A stretch of 63,472 bases of DNA, counting the filler, from Bigelowiella natans CCMP2755 (taxonomy: Eukaryota > Protista > Cercozoa): the NCBI GenBank assembly GCA_000320545.1. It is 6 parts of 6 records of this genome, joined end to end, with 100 filler letters (N's around TTAATTAATTAA, not from the genome) between each part and the next. Parts side by side here need not be neighbours in the genome. Positions count along the whole stretch, not along the records: positions 40,825 to 47,872 come from ADNK01001480.1; positions 47,973 to 58,290 come from ADNK01003522.1; positions 58,391 to 61,313 come from ADNK01000311.1; 3 more parts are not named here. The stretch is one strand, 5' to 3'. Below, piece after piece: positions 44,326-58,749 of the stretch (the stretch's first letter is position 1; every line of letters begins with the position of its first letter). The notes under the pieces are model-generated. The model was not told the DNA's origin, ran no database searches, and was given only the letters and a program-made list of their open reading frames with translations. The translations under genes and the position numbers were made by a program.

Positions 44326-47064
44326 ATGAAGGTCTCAGGTCCTGTTAGTGAGAGAAAAAGGCCGGAAACGGCCGCACCGCACCTTGAAAACCCAGGGGAG
44401 GGTTCTGAGAATCAATGGCGTATTGCTTGCTTGGATTGGATAGCAAATAAAGGGAGAGGACTTCTCTTCGTTTCCGCGCTATTCATTGTTGTGTCTGGGT
44501 CATTCCTTTTCGGTGTCGCTAACCTTGTGGCTTTCCCTGGAGTGACCTCGCGGACATGGCCGGCCACAGCAGCTCTGCTCCACGCGCTGCTGTTCTTAAT
44601 CGAGTTCCTGATTTTCCCAGAGAGCATCTATACAATGGCACCTGGAATAACGACGACACCCTGGATTACCTACTGGCACGCGAGCGCGTGCGGCTCGATA
44701 TTCTTCCTGAAGTTTGTGACGGAGTACGCGGTCACCAGAAGCGTGAGTGCATGGGTTTGGGCTTATTCCTGGTTATTTGGCCTGGTTGTTTACCTGCTCA
44801 TCTGCGTTGTTCCCACTTGTACCTTGGTCAGCAAGCTGGGATGGGGCCGCGGTCACATTTTAAATAAAGTATTTATATGGTCAATCATTCTGGGATCTAC
44901 TGCGTCTATGAGCTTGGCTGTCGTGTTTTGGCCGATTTCCAGACAGGTAGTCATATTGCTCATTATCGTACTTTGATGTAGTTCAACTATGTTTTGGCGT
45001 GTATACTTGTTGGTTTTGGGGCCGAATTCAGAGCCACATCCAAAGCGGACATTCTTTTTTGGCCATGATTATTACTTCCACCCTGAAAACCTAGCCGCAC
45101 TCCTCCATGGGATGAACTACAATTGTGCTTTCAATCGCACAGGTCAATAATATCTGCGTGGACATAGCTTCTGCAGCGGGATTTACCGGCTTTATATACC
45201 TTGCAATATTTAGCAAGTGGCTGTCCTCCCATAAAGCGGCGTATATACTCTATACCTGCTTGATAGCGTTTTCAACTCGAGTTTTAGGCACGATAGTCTT
45301 CAATTTCACATCGTACAGCGGTGGTGTCCTGCTCGCAGGTTTATCACAAATTGTTTTTGCAAAGTTGCTCTATTCTGTCAGCCTCTTCTTGTTCGGTGAG
45401 ATGCTGGACAATGTGGATCTTCCTCCAGAGAAAAGATGCGCCATGCTGTTTATGCTGCAGTTTGGCGAGGTTGCACTTTCTGATTAATGAAAATATCATA
45501 TTGTGCGTTAATGTGTTGCGTGAACATCCCCGCTTTATGTCTCCCTTTCCCCCTCCCTTTCATCTTTCTCTCTTTCTCATTCGAACGTTTTATCGAATGA
45601 ATTTTGAAAAAGTATGAGCTTTGTGTTGTGTGTCTGTGTGTGTTTGTCTGCATGGGACGGGGCGCAGGACTTTAGTGTGAGCGCGATCTTCTCCACGATC
45701 AAGCTCACGGGCCAGTTCGCCGCCATTCTACTTTTGGTGACAGCCTTCGCATCCCTGAGAGCGTCCGGGTTTTTGAGTGAGCACTGGTCGCGCATCGTGA
45801 AAGGAAATACCTGCCCCCACAAGTACTGTTTAACAGCTCCCACCACTACCAAGAACAACAACAAAAACAACTTGTACTACTGCTGCTGCTGCTACTACTA
45901 CTACTACTACATTACTACTACATTACTACTATGACTCACGCATTGCCTCTCTTTACTCTCCAGAATGATGCAGTACATGGATAAAGCGTTCCGATATCAG
46001 GAGCAGGGGATGGTATCAGACTGCCTGGCTTGTTGCGCTGTTGCTGCTGTGGTAAGTGTAGATTTTTGAGGAATAAATAGACCAATTGCCGAACTCGCTG
46101 CTTAATTTTAAGGATGCAGAAACTGCCTAATTTCTCAGTGTTGGGTGCATGCATCGCCAGATGGCAACCCCTTTCATCTTCTTCATATTTCGTATTATCG
46201 CTTATACTAATGGGGGGGAGAGCAAACGCCGTTAACGTCACACGAACTGTCAAGGTTATGTCCGAGTTTCTGCTCGCGGATGAAGTATCACCAGGCCGCA
46301 AGCGCAGGTTCACTCGCAAAATAGCGAGGAAAGATGATATCATCCACGATACGATATGGGTGCTCCTGGTCATGATTGTAGTCCAATTTATTCGTTGCGG
46401 CATCTGCTCGATATGGCTGAGGCAGCGCTTGGCTCGGCTGCAGAAGGTCCATCTGAATGCAATGCTTGGCGCCGCTGATAGCGGGAAGCGTTCTGTCGAG
46501 ATGGGGTCGCTGCGAAATCTAGAGAGTCGGGACGCGGAAAGGCCTGAGGAGAAAGAGGACAAAGATGACTCGAAATCGCAAGGCAATTCAGTGGGGGATG
46601 CAGCTTCGATCGCTAATACCCATGCCAAGTCGCCGTCAGTTCGGACTATATTTCCCAAATTTCCTGAGCAATCCAATGAGGGGCCTCGCATAGAAACGCC
46701 ACCACATTTTGAGGGTGATGAAAGAGATGTTCCAGAACGAGCGCCTCGAGAGATACCGAGTCCTGAGACTCCTAAACGGGGCAGGGAGCTCCATGTGGAA
46801 GGGCAGCGCGTATCATCTATTGGGGGGATTCCTAATAAATTTAGATCCAATACAATTTCAGAGGTTAACATAACTTCGATGATGAGCTCTGAGAAAGGGC
46901 TGGGAAGGCATAGGCACAAGCGGGCATCGCTACTTGCCCGCACGAGCGTTGCCAATTCCTCAGATCAGCACTGGCGTGAGAATTACATCCTCTTCCTAGC
47001 AGCAATTGCTTCGATCATAACGGGCGTTAGGTACTGGCAAGCAGAGTATTCCGATGGGGAATAG
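44326..47064 (+). CDS. Hypothetical polytopic membrane protein with a large charged C-terminal loop
   Basis: Consecutive hydrophobic ORFs (44326-44976, 45125-45487, 45670-45810, 46114-47064) linked by plausible GT-AG introns, e.g. LQFGE|DFSVSAIF. About 10 or more TM-like segments. Confidence 0.65.
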
Positions 47065-47872
47065 TGCGACAGTGTCACAGTTCCTCGCCATGAGAATGTT
47101 ACAGAGACAACTAAATGTAGCCACAGTCAAGCATGATTCAAATCTTTAAACCGGCTACACCACATGAGCGCATGACGCACTTCTGTTCGAGACAGACTAG
47201 CGCGCAAAAGCTAACGTTGATGCATTAGAGTTTTTGTCGGGCCGGCCGACTACATCCAAAGTACTCCAAAGTGCGTCTTCAATCAATGGGTGTCAAATGC
47301 TAGTGCACTCGTCCATTTCCGTGACTTGGGTTGAGTTGATGCCATGTCTAGTCTGTAGCCCGTGCGAGCCCAATGAATTCACTGATATGCAAACATTGCT
47401 CGTTGCACTGCTGCTGCTCGGCATGAAATCACGCGCGTCTACGTGCACGTAGCTGTGAGAACGCTTTGTAGCACTCATTGCTACATTGCTACATTGCTAC
47501 AATGAAAACCAGCGTAAGTAGCCAGTACGCATTGTATCCCGGCATTGTATGTGCTAGTAATTTGCTGCAATATCTTGTTTACTTCAACTAATAACTTAAG
47601 TACATATGTACGACAAAGCTAGTAAATTAGTAGTAAATAGCGGCCAACCCTTACTTTCCCCAGGCGGGCCTTTTGCCGCTGTTATCCCTTGCAGCATTAG
47701 TCGATGAATGTACCTCCACGCTCGGAGTTATGCTGCTGCTGCTGCTGCAGCTATTCTCCGGCAGCGTTGATTTCAGCTGATGTGAGGTATCAACGCTGCC
47801 ATGGGCAGTAATGGCTGAACTTGATGATTTTGCAGAGGTGACGATATTTGACGATTGATCTTTCGCAATTTC

Positions 47873-47972
47873 NNNNNNNNNNNNNNNNNNNNNNNNNNNN
47901 NNNNNNNNNNNNNNNNTTAATTAATTAANNNNNNNNNNNNNNNNNNNNNNNNNNNNNNNNNNNNNNNNNNNN
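47873..47972. other. Assembly gap linker
   Basis: N44-TTAATTAATTAA-N44. Confidence 0.97.
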
Positions 47973-48199
47973 GTCCATCGGCCGCAAGTGTCAAAATGCC
48001 AAGCAATTAGCTAACTATCCGCTGGTCCTGTAGCTATACCAATGTTTTTATAAAACCCCTCCCCCCCTAAAACACAACCCCCTCCCCCCCCCCCCAGGAG
48101 GAGAATTCAGACCCCCCCCGTTGCCCCCCCAAAAACATTTATTTTGAAAAAAAAACCCCCCCCCCCCCCCCCCCCCCCCCCCCTTCTGACATCCTGTGC

Positions 48200-49861
48200 A
48201 GCGCGCGGCGTATGAGGCATAGCTACGGATACGAGTGGGAGCCCATCAGGGGTTGCGAGTGCGCGCTCTTCACGGCGACCCAGACGGTGGACGCCATCCT
48301 CCCCTTCTACAACAACAGCGCCTGGCTCAAGGATGCGCAGGAGGGGCACATACGGATAAACGCAAAGTAGTAGTAAAAGCGTGCAGGGGAGGAGGGACGA
48401 TAGGGATTTTAATGATGATGACGATGATGATGCTGATGCTGATGCTGATAACTGTGATGGCTCGAGGTTATTGGGGGAGCGGGGGGGGGCGATGAGCATT
48501 TTTTCATCAAATGATTCGCTTGTGAGCGTGCAACGAGGTGTTGGCTGATCATCAACATCAGCATCATCATCGTCATGGTTCGTCTCTGCGTTGCTGCTGC
48601 TTCTGCTCATCTTTTGCATCCGTGGATGTGTGCAGGCTGCCCTTCCTCAAAGTCCATATGGTCCATGATCCTCCCTCAGGTACCAGTAGTAGTCGTCGTA
48701 CTACTACTCCTACTCTAGTAGTAGTAGTAGTAGTAGTAGTAGTAGCAGTAGTAGTCTCGCCTTACTACTACTACTACTAGTAGTAGTAGTAGTAGTAGTA
48801 GTAGCAGCAGCGGTACACCACAACAGCTAGAACAACAACGGTGCGAGAAGCGGACGAATATCTTTCTCCCATGCATCACTTTCATCATCCTTATCCTCAT
48901 CCTCATCCTCATCCTCATCGTCGTCATCAAAAACCGCCACGCAGGGAGCGACGACGAAGACGCCCACGGCCACGACGAGGACTACAGAGACCAATCGCAG
49001 CTGTTCGCCTCCTCTAGTGATGACGACGACGAGAGCAGCGACGAGGACTTCAACGAAGACGACGACGACGACGACGATGATGACGATGACGACGACGATA
49101 GCGATGGGAATGATAACAGTCGCAACAATGCGCGTGCTGGCCGCGCCAGCGAGAAGAAGGCGACGAAGGGGAAGAAGAAATCGGCGGCGGTGGCGACGAC
49201 ATCCCATCGAGAGAAGAATCCGAAGGCTGCTGGGCAGAAACCGCGACGTGAGACGGCGACGGCAATCAAGCGCGCCTCTTCACCCCAGAAGCGCCAGAAC
49301 GATAACAACAATAACAACGGCGACGGCGACGACGATGGTGGAGAGCATAGCAGCAGTAGCAGCAGCAGTGATGACGACCTCGACTTGAGGGTCAAGTACA
49401 GACGTGACATTCTCAATAATAAACATTAGCCTGCCGCGAACACAAAAACAACTCTCAGCAAGAGCGGTGCAATAGTAGAAGTAATAGTAGTAGTAGTAGG
49501 GGTGGGGGTGGTGGTGGCAACATCGTGCTTCGGTGGTGGGGAACGATAATGAGGATGTTGGGGGGGGGGGGGGGGGGAAAATTTTGGCTTCGGTGTGGGG
49601 AAACAATAATAAGAATTTCGGGGGGGGGGGGGGGGAGGTGCCTCTCTCACTCTTACCCCCCAAGCAGTGTAAATTGTAGTTTTGCAGTAGTAGTAGTCGT
49701 AGTAGTAGCGAATTCAGCTTGAAATCTTTGACTGTGGCGAGGAGGGCGGCGGATGGATTTTGCTGTCCGTGTTAAACAACGAGCTCCCCCAAAACATGAG
49801 GTTCCCCGTGAGAGGAGGGGAAATGTATAATATGTCCGGGATCCTGCGAAAACGATTCTGA
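48200..49861 (+). CDS. 3' part of a hypothetical protein with Asp/Ser-rich low-complexity regions
   Basis: Exon-like segments RHSYGYEWEPIRGCECALFTATQTVDAILPFY, LPFLKVHMVHDPPS, an acidic/basic low-complexity exon, and a terminal LEIFDCGEEGGGWILLSVL...ILRKRF*. Confidence 0.45.
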
Positions 49862-51174
49862 GCGCCGCCATCATCATGCAGAGGATGGGATTGGGTGACC
49901 ATGGAGCAGCAGGACGGGGTAACCATAGAAATACCGCAAGAATAACAACGAAGTTTTGTCATTTCTATGGTTGCAATCCGTCTTGGTGTTTGGAGGGAGC
50001 TGATAACCGGAAACCCGTGCACAACGTAGAAAAATGTAAATTTATTGGTGATAGCAATGGTACCGATTACTAACACAAAATTGTAGCAGCATTAGCATGT
50101 ACTCGCTCTCCTATGCGTTGCACTGGATCTCATTGCGTATGTCAGCATTTGCCATGCTAACGAGGCTTAGGCACAATGACGCCCAATGCATCAGCGAAGC
50201 ACGGGTAGTTTTTAGCACAGGGTGCTGGACATGTGCAGAACATAGAGCACTTGTTTTAGCTGCACGGGCGCATTAGCGTGTCTAATGGATGTAGAGATGT
50301 GGGGCGTACTAGCGTAGTGCGAGCGCAGTGCATGTAGGTGAGTGCTGGCGGTAGCACAATAAGATCGCGCGGGGTTTCTAGATTTGCTGTGGCTATCAAG
50401 CTATGTGCGCACCTACATAGCTGTGCGCAGTGTGTGGTAGTGCATGCGCAAATCGTTCCGATTCAACCCTAGAACCAGCCGCCGCAGCGCACACGTTATA
50501 CGTACAGCAAGGCAACATGCTAGCATGCATGAAGGCACATGCTGCACAAATGTGAACAACAATTTCAACATTAACGCTGTAGTCGCTACGTACGTTGCAC
50601 AGCTACGCAAGGATGGCCATTGAGCAAATTTAATTGATTAATTGCATCCGTCAACAAGCGTGAATGAGCGTGCGCACACGAAGCATGCCTATGCACCGCA
50701 GCAATGCCTTCACAAACACGACGCAACAAAGGATGGACTAGACATGCGCTGCTGATGTACATGACACATGGCGTGCACGAACTCACGAGATTAATGAATA
50801 TTAATTTGTCGTGAGTGATCACAGCCGACACAAGCCTGAAGAGATCACTATTCCGTTGTTATAATCAACCATCTGTACAATGAGTTTTCATATCCCATAC
50901 ATGTCTACATGGTCTGTGATGCAACATAACGAAGCACCAGAAGCGGTGAGTCTATATCATTTTCGATGAGCATGGACGAGCTTCGAGCTAACTCATCTTC
51001 CCCCGAAATTTAGCAATCAGTATCGTCATCTATCATTTTCACAACAGCCATTTGATTCTATATCGCCTTCCCCCCCCTCAAAAAAGGATTACTTTAGAGA
51101 GAGTGAGGGTGAGATAGGGATATTGACAGAGAGAGGTTGGAATTAGTATCAACCCTCCGATGTGGACGAATTCT

Positions 51175-53700
51175 TTAATTGGCCCGCGGTGTGCTTGGGT
51201 TGGTGTTAATGAATGTTACTGTCACTGAATTATCCCTCGCTACTACGGCTGCCGCCGATGCTGCTGCCGCCCCATCGTTACGTCCCCTACCCTTGGACCC
51301 ATGCTCACTTTTAAGCGTTGTAGCATCATAAGCATTAGTGATGTCTGTACTTGTTACCAAAGACGTTTTACCTTGTGTAGTGGAACAGGAGGAGGAGGAA
51401 GGGGAGGAGGAGGGGCCTTTCTTCCTTTTGCCGCTGCTGCGCCTGCCTTCCTCCTCTTCTTCCGCCTCTTCCTCCTCCTCACCATCTACTTGATCGTTGC
51501 GCTTCCCTCCCACCCTTCTTGGAGCATGAACGCGGTAACGAGGTTGGCGCCAGGTAGCTCTGAGCTTCTTCTTCTTGCGACTACTGCTTCGTGTTGTAAT
51601 ACTAGCAGGGGCTGCTTCAGCAACATCCGTGCTATTACCACGACGGCGATCTACCACGTTCTCCTTTTGTGGCAGCGACAGCAGCTTTTCAGCTTCCTCC
51701 TCCTCCTCCTCCTCCTCCTCCTCTTCCTCGTAGTCCTTATCCTCTTCCTCGTCTTTGTTCTGCTCGGGATTGCCACTACCACCGTCATCGACGTCACAGT
51801 CACTATCTCCAACAGCAGTAGATTGGGCATTTCCCTCTTCATTGGTTACTTCCTCTGCATGTTTAGTTCGCTTTCGCTTTCGCTTGCAGCCCCCAGCCTT
51901 GCGACGCCACATGTAGAACTCATGCCCCCCGTCCTCATTTTTCCATGAAGTAGAATATCCGTCGCCGCGGTTGAATTCGCGGAAGGGGAAGGAGCGGTCG
52001 GATGGCCAACGCAGCTTAATGTTCTCATAGGTGAGCACGCGTGCTCCACGCTTTAGGTTGCAAAGAACCTCTACGACCTGAAACATAGGAAGAATAAGTT
52101 GACCTTAGAAATCATCACCTAAAAGCCAATGGTGTTTTTGTAGCGTCTTACATCATTGGCTATTACTCACGGACATACACAGCATCTGGTATGCATGCAT
52201 TGAATATTAGTAGTTCGCACCCCTAGTGGCATTGTGGAGGAAAATGCAACATCCATGACAACAATGTCCACGTCAGCGTCATCCAGAAAATTCTTCATCA
52301 CGCCAACATCGTCCTGGTATATTTCAAGCGTCCTCCAAATGATTCGGGGTTTGCCGTTACTGCCGGGAGCTCCTAGCCGCCGGACGATCCTGTTGGTCCC
52401 ACTCGCCCCTTCCATGGAGACGTTCTTCTGCCTACAGGAGTGAGAGGTTGAAAAAGTCATCACAACGATAGGGAGAGGTTGTAGAATGTAAGAAATGATC
52501 TCGATCCAATTTCTGTCGCCAGTTATAACTCCCCTATCTTGTTTTTTTAGTTCCTAGTAAGGGAAATATTTATAGATAGCTTACTCTATCGAGATCTAGA
52601 TGTAGACCCCAAATTAATAATCATAGAAAGCTGCTCAATTTTGAGTTTGACATTATCTCCCTCCCCCCTCTATATTTCCTTCGCCGCTCATTATCATTCA
52701 TAATTTTTCATTACAACTCCTTACGTTATGGTGCTATGGCCCTCTTCGATACATCGTTTAGCGTAGAGTTCGATCGCCGTATCGCAGATTCCGAATCGGT
52801 CCCGAGAGATTTCCACGCCGATTACGCGCTTGAGATGCTTAAACTGATCAAAGCACTGAATCGCCAACCGTCCACGCCCAGACCCAATATCAAGGATAAC
52901 TTTCGCTGAAGAGAACAAAGTACGTTTACACATATTGGGCTTGTATTCTACATCTCTCACGAAGTATGCAAGGGTTAATAGTTTTTGTAAGTTTTAAAGA
53001 AATAACACAAAAGTTGAAAATGATTATGTTTTCTACCAACTAGCAATGCGCACATTTCCATGAATACCTCGTTTGATGTTGAGATGACGTTCGTCCATCA
53101 CTTTCAAAACCTTAAGGTGGAAGCAGCAGTGAGGATATTCAAGTCACTCGTGAGTTTCGTTTATCCAGTTCTCTCCCACAACTCATGTTCTGCTAACAAT
53201 GCTACAACGCACCCCTTTGGGAAGAATTTCCCCGTAGGTAAGTCTGGTGCCTGCTGCTTCAGCGGCCTTTACGTCTGAATCACCAGGATGACGGCTAGAC
53301 GATGAACAGTAGTGATAACATCAGAGAATCGTCCACTTACAATAAAAACTGTTTGCAAGCAGATGTACTATTTTTCTATCGATATGTGTCGGGAAATAGG
53401 AGAGGATGAGGGCGACAAATAGAAGAAGAAAGTCACACTTGGTAATTTCCGGTATTTCTCGATAGATTTCTTTCAGCATTTCCAGTGTCTTGTCGCCACC
53501 CCTGAGTAAGTAACAAAAGCGGGGGCGAGCAGCCTGATAACTATTTTGAAGTCAATTTGAAAGAAAGAAATCGACCTAATGTGGTCCGAGCTCTTGCTTT
53601 CGCGATCCGCAACCTGCATTGACTTTGGTTTCTTCTTTCTTCTGTTTGCGAGTAGGGACTCCTTCCTGTGTTCGAATTTGGTGATGGAGTTCAGCGACTT
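51175..53700 (-). CDS. DOT1-like class I SAM-dependent methyltransferase with an acidic/basic disordered C-tail
   Basis: Motifs: LTYGEILPKG (about 53230), motif I VILDIGSGRGRLAIQ, VIGVEISRDR, DVDIVVMD, LKRGARVLT and YSTSW..HEFYMW. NLS-like KRKRKR. The 5' end is uncertain and may extend to about 54560. Confidence 0.72.
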
Positions 53701-55491
53701 TTCACGCTAATTGGGAACGTACATGTGCAGCAAGGAGAATTGAAACATAAACAAACGCCTAATTAGGTAAAATCTAAATCAATTGAAAGAATTCTCGAGA
53801 ATTTTGGTACTTCCTTCCTCTTCGGAAATTTAAAGCGGCGGAAGAGTGCAGGTGCGATGACCGCATTTGTGGTAAGGAAGCACATTTCTCGGGCACCCTT
53901 TCGATTGAGGGTCGAAGTCTGTGTTCGTTCTCTTCTTTGGAATTCGCACTCAAGCAAAATTCCCATTGATTGGGCAAAGGGGCTTGGGGGGGGAGAACGA
54001 TTGAGAAGTGCTACCGAAGATGAAAAAAATCATTCCGTATTTAAGCTTCCGGGACTTTTATTTCTATGTCGCTGAGGAAAAACCGGATAGTTTTTGGAGT
54101 ACGCACAAGCCCCCTACTTCAGTATTTTTTCGCGTTAGGAAGTTGCTGTGTCAGATTAAGCCAGAACGAGGAGCATTTTCCGCCTGGCTGCCCTGCAGGT
54201 GTGGCCGCACGGGGCAGAACGCAGCCCTTTTCATGCCGTATGGACAGATATGTGATGGTTGTTTTCCCTCTTTTTCCGATGATCGCACGACGTAGTACGA
54301 GTGGTGAATGTTCGCATGCTTTCGTCATTTTGTGCGAAAAAGAAGCGAGGAAGGAAAGAATAGATCTAGATCTACTTGCCAAAAAAAAATTAATTTTTGC
54401 GGGCATGTAGTGCTCGCACGATACTCTGAGCCAAATGGGACATTTTGTACGAGCGACAAGCTTCACAATTGTGTCGCCGAAGATGAACACGATTGTTTCT
54501 GATGCAAGTTTTATTTGCCTGAATGCCGTGAGAGAAACGCAGCCCGTGCCCAGCATCCGACTACCCCTCTGATTTGTCAGGAGAACGACTCGGTCTTCAA
54601 CTCATCAAGAAGGATTGAGAGGGGAAAAGAGAGAGAGGGAGGATAATAGACGCAATGAGGGAGGGTTGCAAGAAAGAAAACAAGAATGAAGCTTCAGTGT
54701 GTTCACAGAGATGATGTCAGAAGCACTTCATCGCCAAAAATCCACTTTCTAGCTTTGACATGCTGCTGCTGCTGGCATGCGAATTGCAACCGACTGCGTG
54801 TGTGAGATGTCAAGATGTGACAAGAACGCTCCCCTTGCGATTCATTGATCTGTCGATGCAACAGTGGCGATTTACCAAAGCACACCAAAGGACATCATTA
54901 TGAAGAATGTGAGGATCACTGATGCGCAAATCAAAGCGTTCGATCACGTCATTTCGTGATGGAAAACTTGTGCACATGCACATTGCTAGATTGCGACGAA
55001 AGGCATTGCCAAATTGCTAGATTGCGTTCTTGATGGGGATCGGCGATGCTTCTCTAGTTCTGCTGTGGAGTGACTTGTCAACTTTCAAATTGCGCTGCAA
55101 AGTCACATGTCAATGCGTAGCAGCTTGCATCAATTGCAACTGCGCACAAATCGTGGCACACATTCCAGCATTCGATCGACACGTGTCATGGTCGCACGCT
55201 TGATGACCGCCTGTATCTACCAACTCGGAGAGTCTCCAGAGTCAGTTTTCCAAAAAATATATCCAACTCAACTAACAAAGAATCCCCTTGCCCAAACACT
55301 CACTTTGACCAGGCTGCACATTTTTGTAGCACTCCATGCATTGTTCGCACTGTGTTGATTCCCATCGGATTATTCGGAGACCCGCCTTCATGTTTGAAGA
55401 ATGTGCCGCACGTACAGACAAACTTGCATTGCAGCGCGCTGAGCTAGACTAGTAGAGGCCATGAAGTTGTTGCCCATGAACCAGCAATCCA

Positions 55492-56295
55492 CTACTCATC
55501 TAATATGAGGCCATTTTCGTCAAACTCTTCGTCAAACTTGAAAATGGGTAGCGGATGCGCCTCCGTAGTCCACACATACTCGTCCATGGCTGCATCCCCT
55601 AGTAGTCAGCAGTTTCACGCATTCATAAGAACGATCATAGATGAGGGGGGATGAGATGACTGAGATTTTGGTTCAAAATCATGAAAACACAAGACAATAC
55701 AGACACAGCAAACGTGCGTGTACACGCGCCCGCGCGCACGCGCGCACACACACACACACACACAGACACACGCACACACAGCCCCCACACGCCCATCGCG
55801 CACGCACACGTACCCTCTGGCGAGAACAAGAGATACAAATACTTGAGAGTTTCTGCCAGGAAGAATGACTGCATGGAGTTGTTAGGCTCCGCGGGAAGCT
55901 GCTGCACGTCTGGTCATTATGATGGTGGACGCGACGGCAACAACAACGACAACGACAACGACGAATATTATCAGCAAAACACACCCGCGATTTCAATGGG
56001 AGGTGCCTGCGTCCGGCTCTACAAAATGAAAGGGAGGAAAAAACTTCGGATGCTCTGTTGATCGAAATCGGCGGCAAGATGGGACGCACTAACATCATCG
56101 ATGGTGCAGCCGACTACTACTGCAGCATCATTCCTACCATCACCGCACCAAGGCGCCAAGGACATATCACAACGACAATCACTACTACTCCTACTTTATG
56201 TCAGATTTGCTCCTTCTCTCTCCCCTTCCTCTTCCTAACAACTACTCTACTACTGCTGCTGCTACCTCCACCACTATTCCTACTACTACTACTAT

Positions 56296-56334
<39 letters not shown>

Positions 56335-56498
56335 CAACGACTCCTGTATAGCAGCACTCGGTTTTACAATGATGCTGGATGGCCTCGAATATTCTCCACC
56401 CCATCTCCCGGTACCTTCAGACCACGACAACGATAAAATAAATAGGGGCGTCGTTGCATTTCACGTAAGTAACAGTATCTTTCTCTCTCCCCCCCCCC

Positions 56499-56546
<48 letters not shown>

Positions 56547-56889
56547 ACCATTACCATCATCATCACCACCCTCGCCACTATCATTGGTAGTATGAATATA
56601 ATAAGCCTCACGAAGCAAAAGGACATCCCCAGTAGCAGCAGCAGCAGCAGCAGCAGTTTCCAGCCAACCCAACCAGAAACTCATTTCCAAGCAACCATCA
56701 CAACCGTCGCCAACTTACTTCTGCTCCCCCGTCGCACGATAGAGGACAAATATGCTCTCCACCGTCTCTGGCCGGAGGATGTACCGGCCCTCTTTCACCT
56801 TTTCATTCCAAGCAACCAGCATTCAAACACACACACAAACACACCCACACACACACGGGAAAAAGAAATGTGAGTAATAATCATCAATA

Positions 56890-56957
<68 letters not shown>

Positions 56958-57583
56958 CGCATATATGTAAATTCTTATTTATATATCATCCCCTCTTTGC
57001 CTCGATGATATTCACCCCAAAAACGCGACGGGACGCGAGTAGCGAACATTCCGTAAAACACGCGCGATCCCCTCATCCTGGCGCGCCACGCGGCGGTTCT
57101 ATACAATCGTCCACCTTGATTCTTTGCGAAATCGGGGCGGTTTCGTCAAATGCAAACCTCTCTGGACCTAGCTCTGCGTGGAGAGAACAGCATCGTATGT
57201 GAGCGTCGTTTGAAGGCGCTCCAGCTCTATGGAAGCTTCACGTGATTTTTATGGCGACGACGAGGAGACGGTGACGGCAGCTGCTGCTGCTGCAACTAGC
57301 ACTGCTACCACGAACCCACCTGTTATCATTGCATCGTAGCTCGAAACACATCCCAGCAGAAGTTGCCCGGCGAGTCTGTGCGTGAGTAGCAAACAACAAC
57401 AACAACAACGACGACGACGACCACCACCACGACGACGATTACAGCAGACAGCAAACAACAGCGTGCAGCTCAGTGGGATGGAGACAATGGATGAATGGGG
57501 TGTCTCGACGATGTGCCGGGGGGAAGATATTCGCTGGGCTGCTCTGCCTGTTAGCGAGGCAATGTGCCTGAAATCTTAATGGC

Positions 57584-57623
<40 letters not shown>

Positions 57624-57957
57624 CCACTGTACATAACATATAAACAAATAAATAAATATATATTTTTTTTATACACACACACATTTATTCGCACATTAAT
57701 TTATTCCCGCATTTAGTTCGTGCACGTCTCATCTCCCTGTTCCTGTTCTTCTTCTTCTTATTCTTCTTCTTCTTCTTCTTCCTCTTCTAATCCCGAAGAA
57801 GCGATATATAGGAAGTTGTTGTTGTTGTTGTTGTTGTTGTTGCTGGTACTTCATGTGACTCTCGGATTTCGCACCCCCCCCCCCCCCCCCCCGCTCGAAG
57901 ATAGTGACGACGAGGAAGATGGCAAGAGAAAAACAACACGAATAGTAACAACACATC

Positions 57958-57998
<41 letters not shown>

Positions 57999-58290
57999 TA
58001 TCCATCTATACGACGTCTACAAATGAACAAAATGCGCACGAATATGGCTCTCGGTAGTATTTGGGCGATGGGGGGTTGAGGGGGGGGGGATGATAGCATT
58101 GTCCCCTTTATCATGATCATCGGTGCTAACGCATCATCATCATCATCATCATCATCCACCGCTGTCGGTGCTGTTGTCGTACCTCGGGGGTGAGGGCCTT
58201 TGAGGGGTTGTAGTTCTTGTTTTTGCCGGTATCAAACGACTTGGCGCCTGAGAGCGCACACGCGCACGGTTCAACTCCCACCACTACTGC
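55492..58290 (-). CDS. Class I alpha-1,2-mannosidase (GH47), C-terminal part
   Basis: Motifs: LAGQLLLG, LGPERFAF, RPETVESIFVLYRATG, RIFEAIQHHCKT, MQSFFLAETLKYLYLLFS and YVWTTEAHPLPI. Stop at 55492. Confidence 0.92.
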
Positions 58291-58390
58291 NNNNNNNNNN
58301 NNNNNNNNNNNNNNNNNNNNNNNNNNNNNNNNNNTTAATTAATTAANNNNNNNNNNNNNNNNNNNNNNNNNNNNNNNNNNNNNNNNNNNN
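58291..58390. other. Assembly gap linker
   Basis: N44-TTAATTAATTAA-N44. Confidence 0.97.
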
Positions 58391-58749
58391 CAAGATTTGG
58401 GGACATTTCACACAGTGTGAGTGTGAATAGGTTGATGTTGTTGTTTTTGTTGTTGTTGTTGTTGTTGTTGTTGTGAGCAAGAATGGCAATCACACTCCAT
58501 AATTATTGCGAGTATGGGTCGATAGCATACACAGCAATATTATTGCACATATTGCTTATCACTGCATTTAGAAGACTCTTTAATTACCTCCCCCAAATAC
58601 AGCACCTGTAGGATTCATTTCACCTTGTTTCCAAGTAAACAATAGACAATCACAATAAAGACAGAGATAACATTATATGCACACACACACACACACACGG
58701 GGGGCACACACACATCAACTTTGTGCACTCATATTGTTTCTTCCTACCA

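Noticed and set aside
45936-46955. 339-aa minus-strand ORF
   Set aside because: Antisense shadow of the + strand terminal exon 46114-47064, with no motifs.
48050-48185. Long poly-C and poly-A tracts (G-quadruplex-like)
   Set aside because: Next to a contig end and looks like low-quality homopolymer sequence. The same applies to about 63150-63472.
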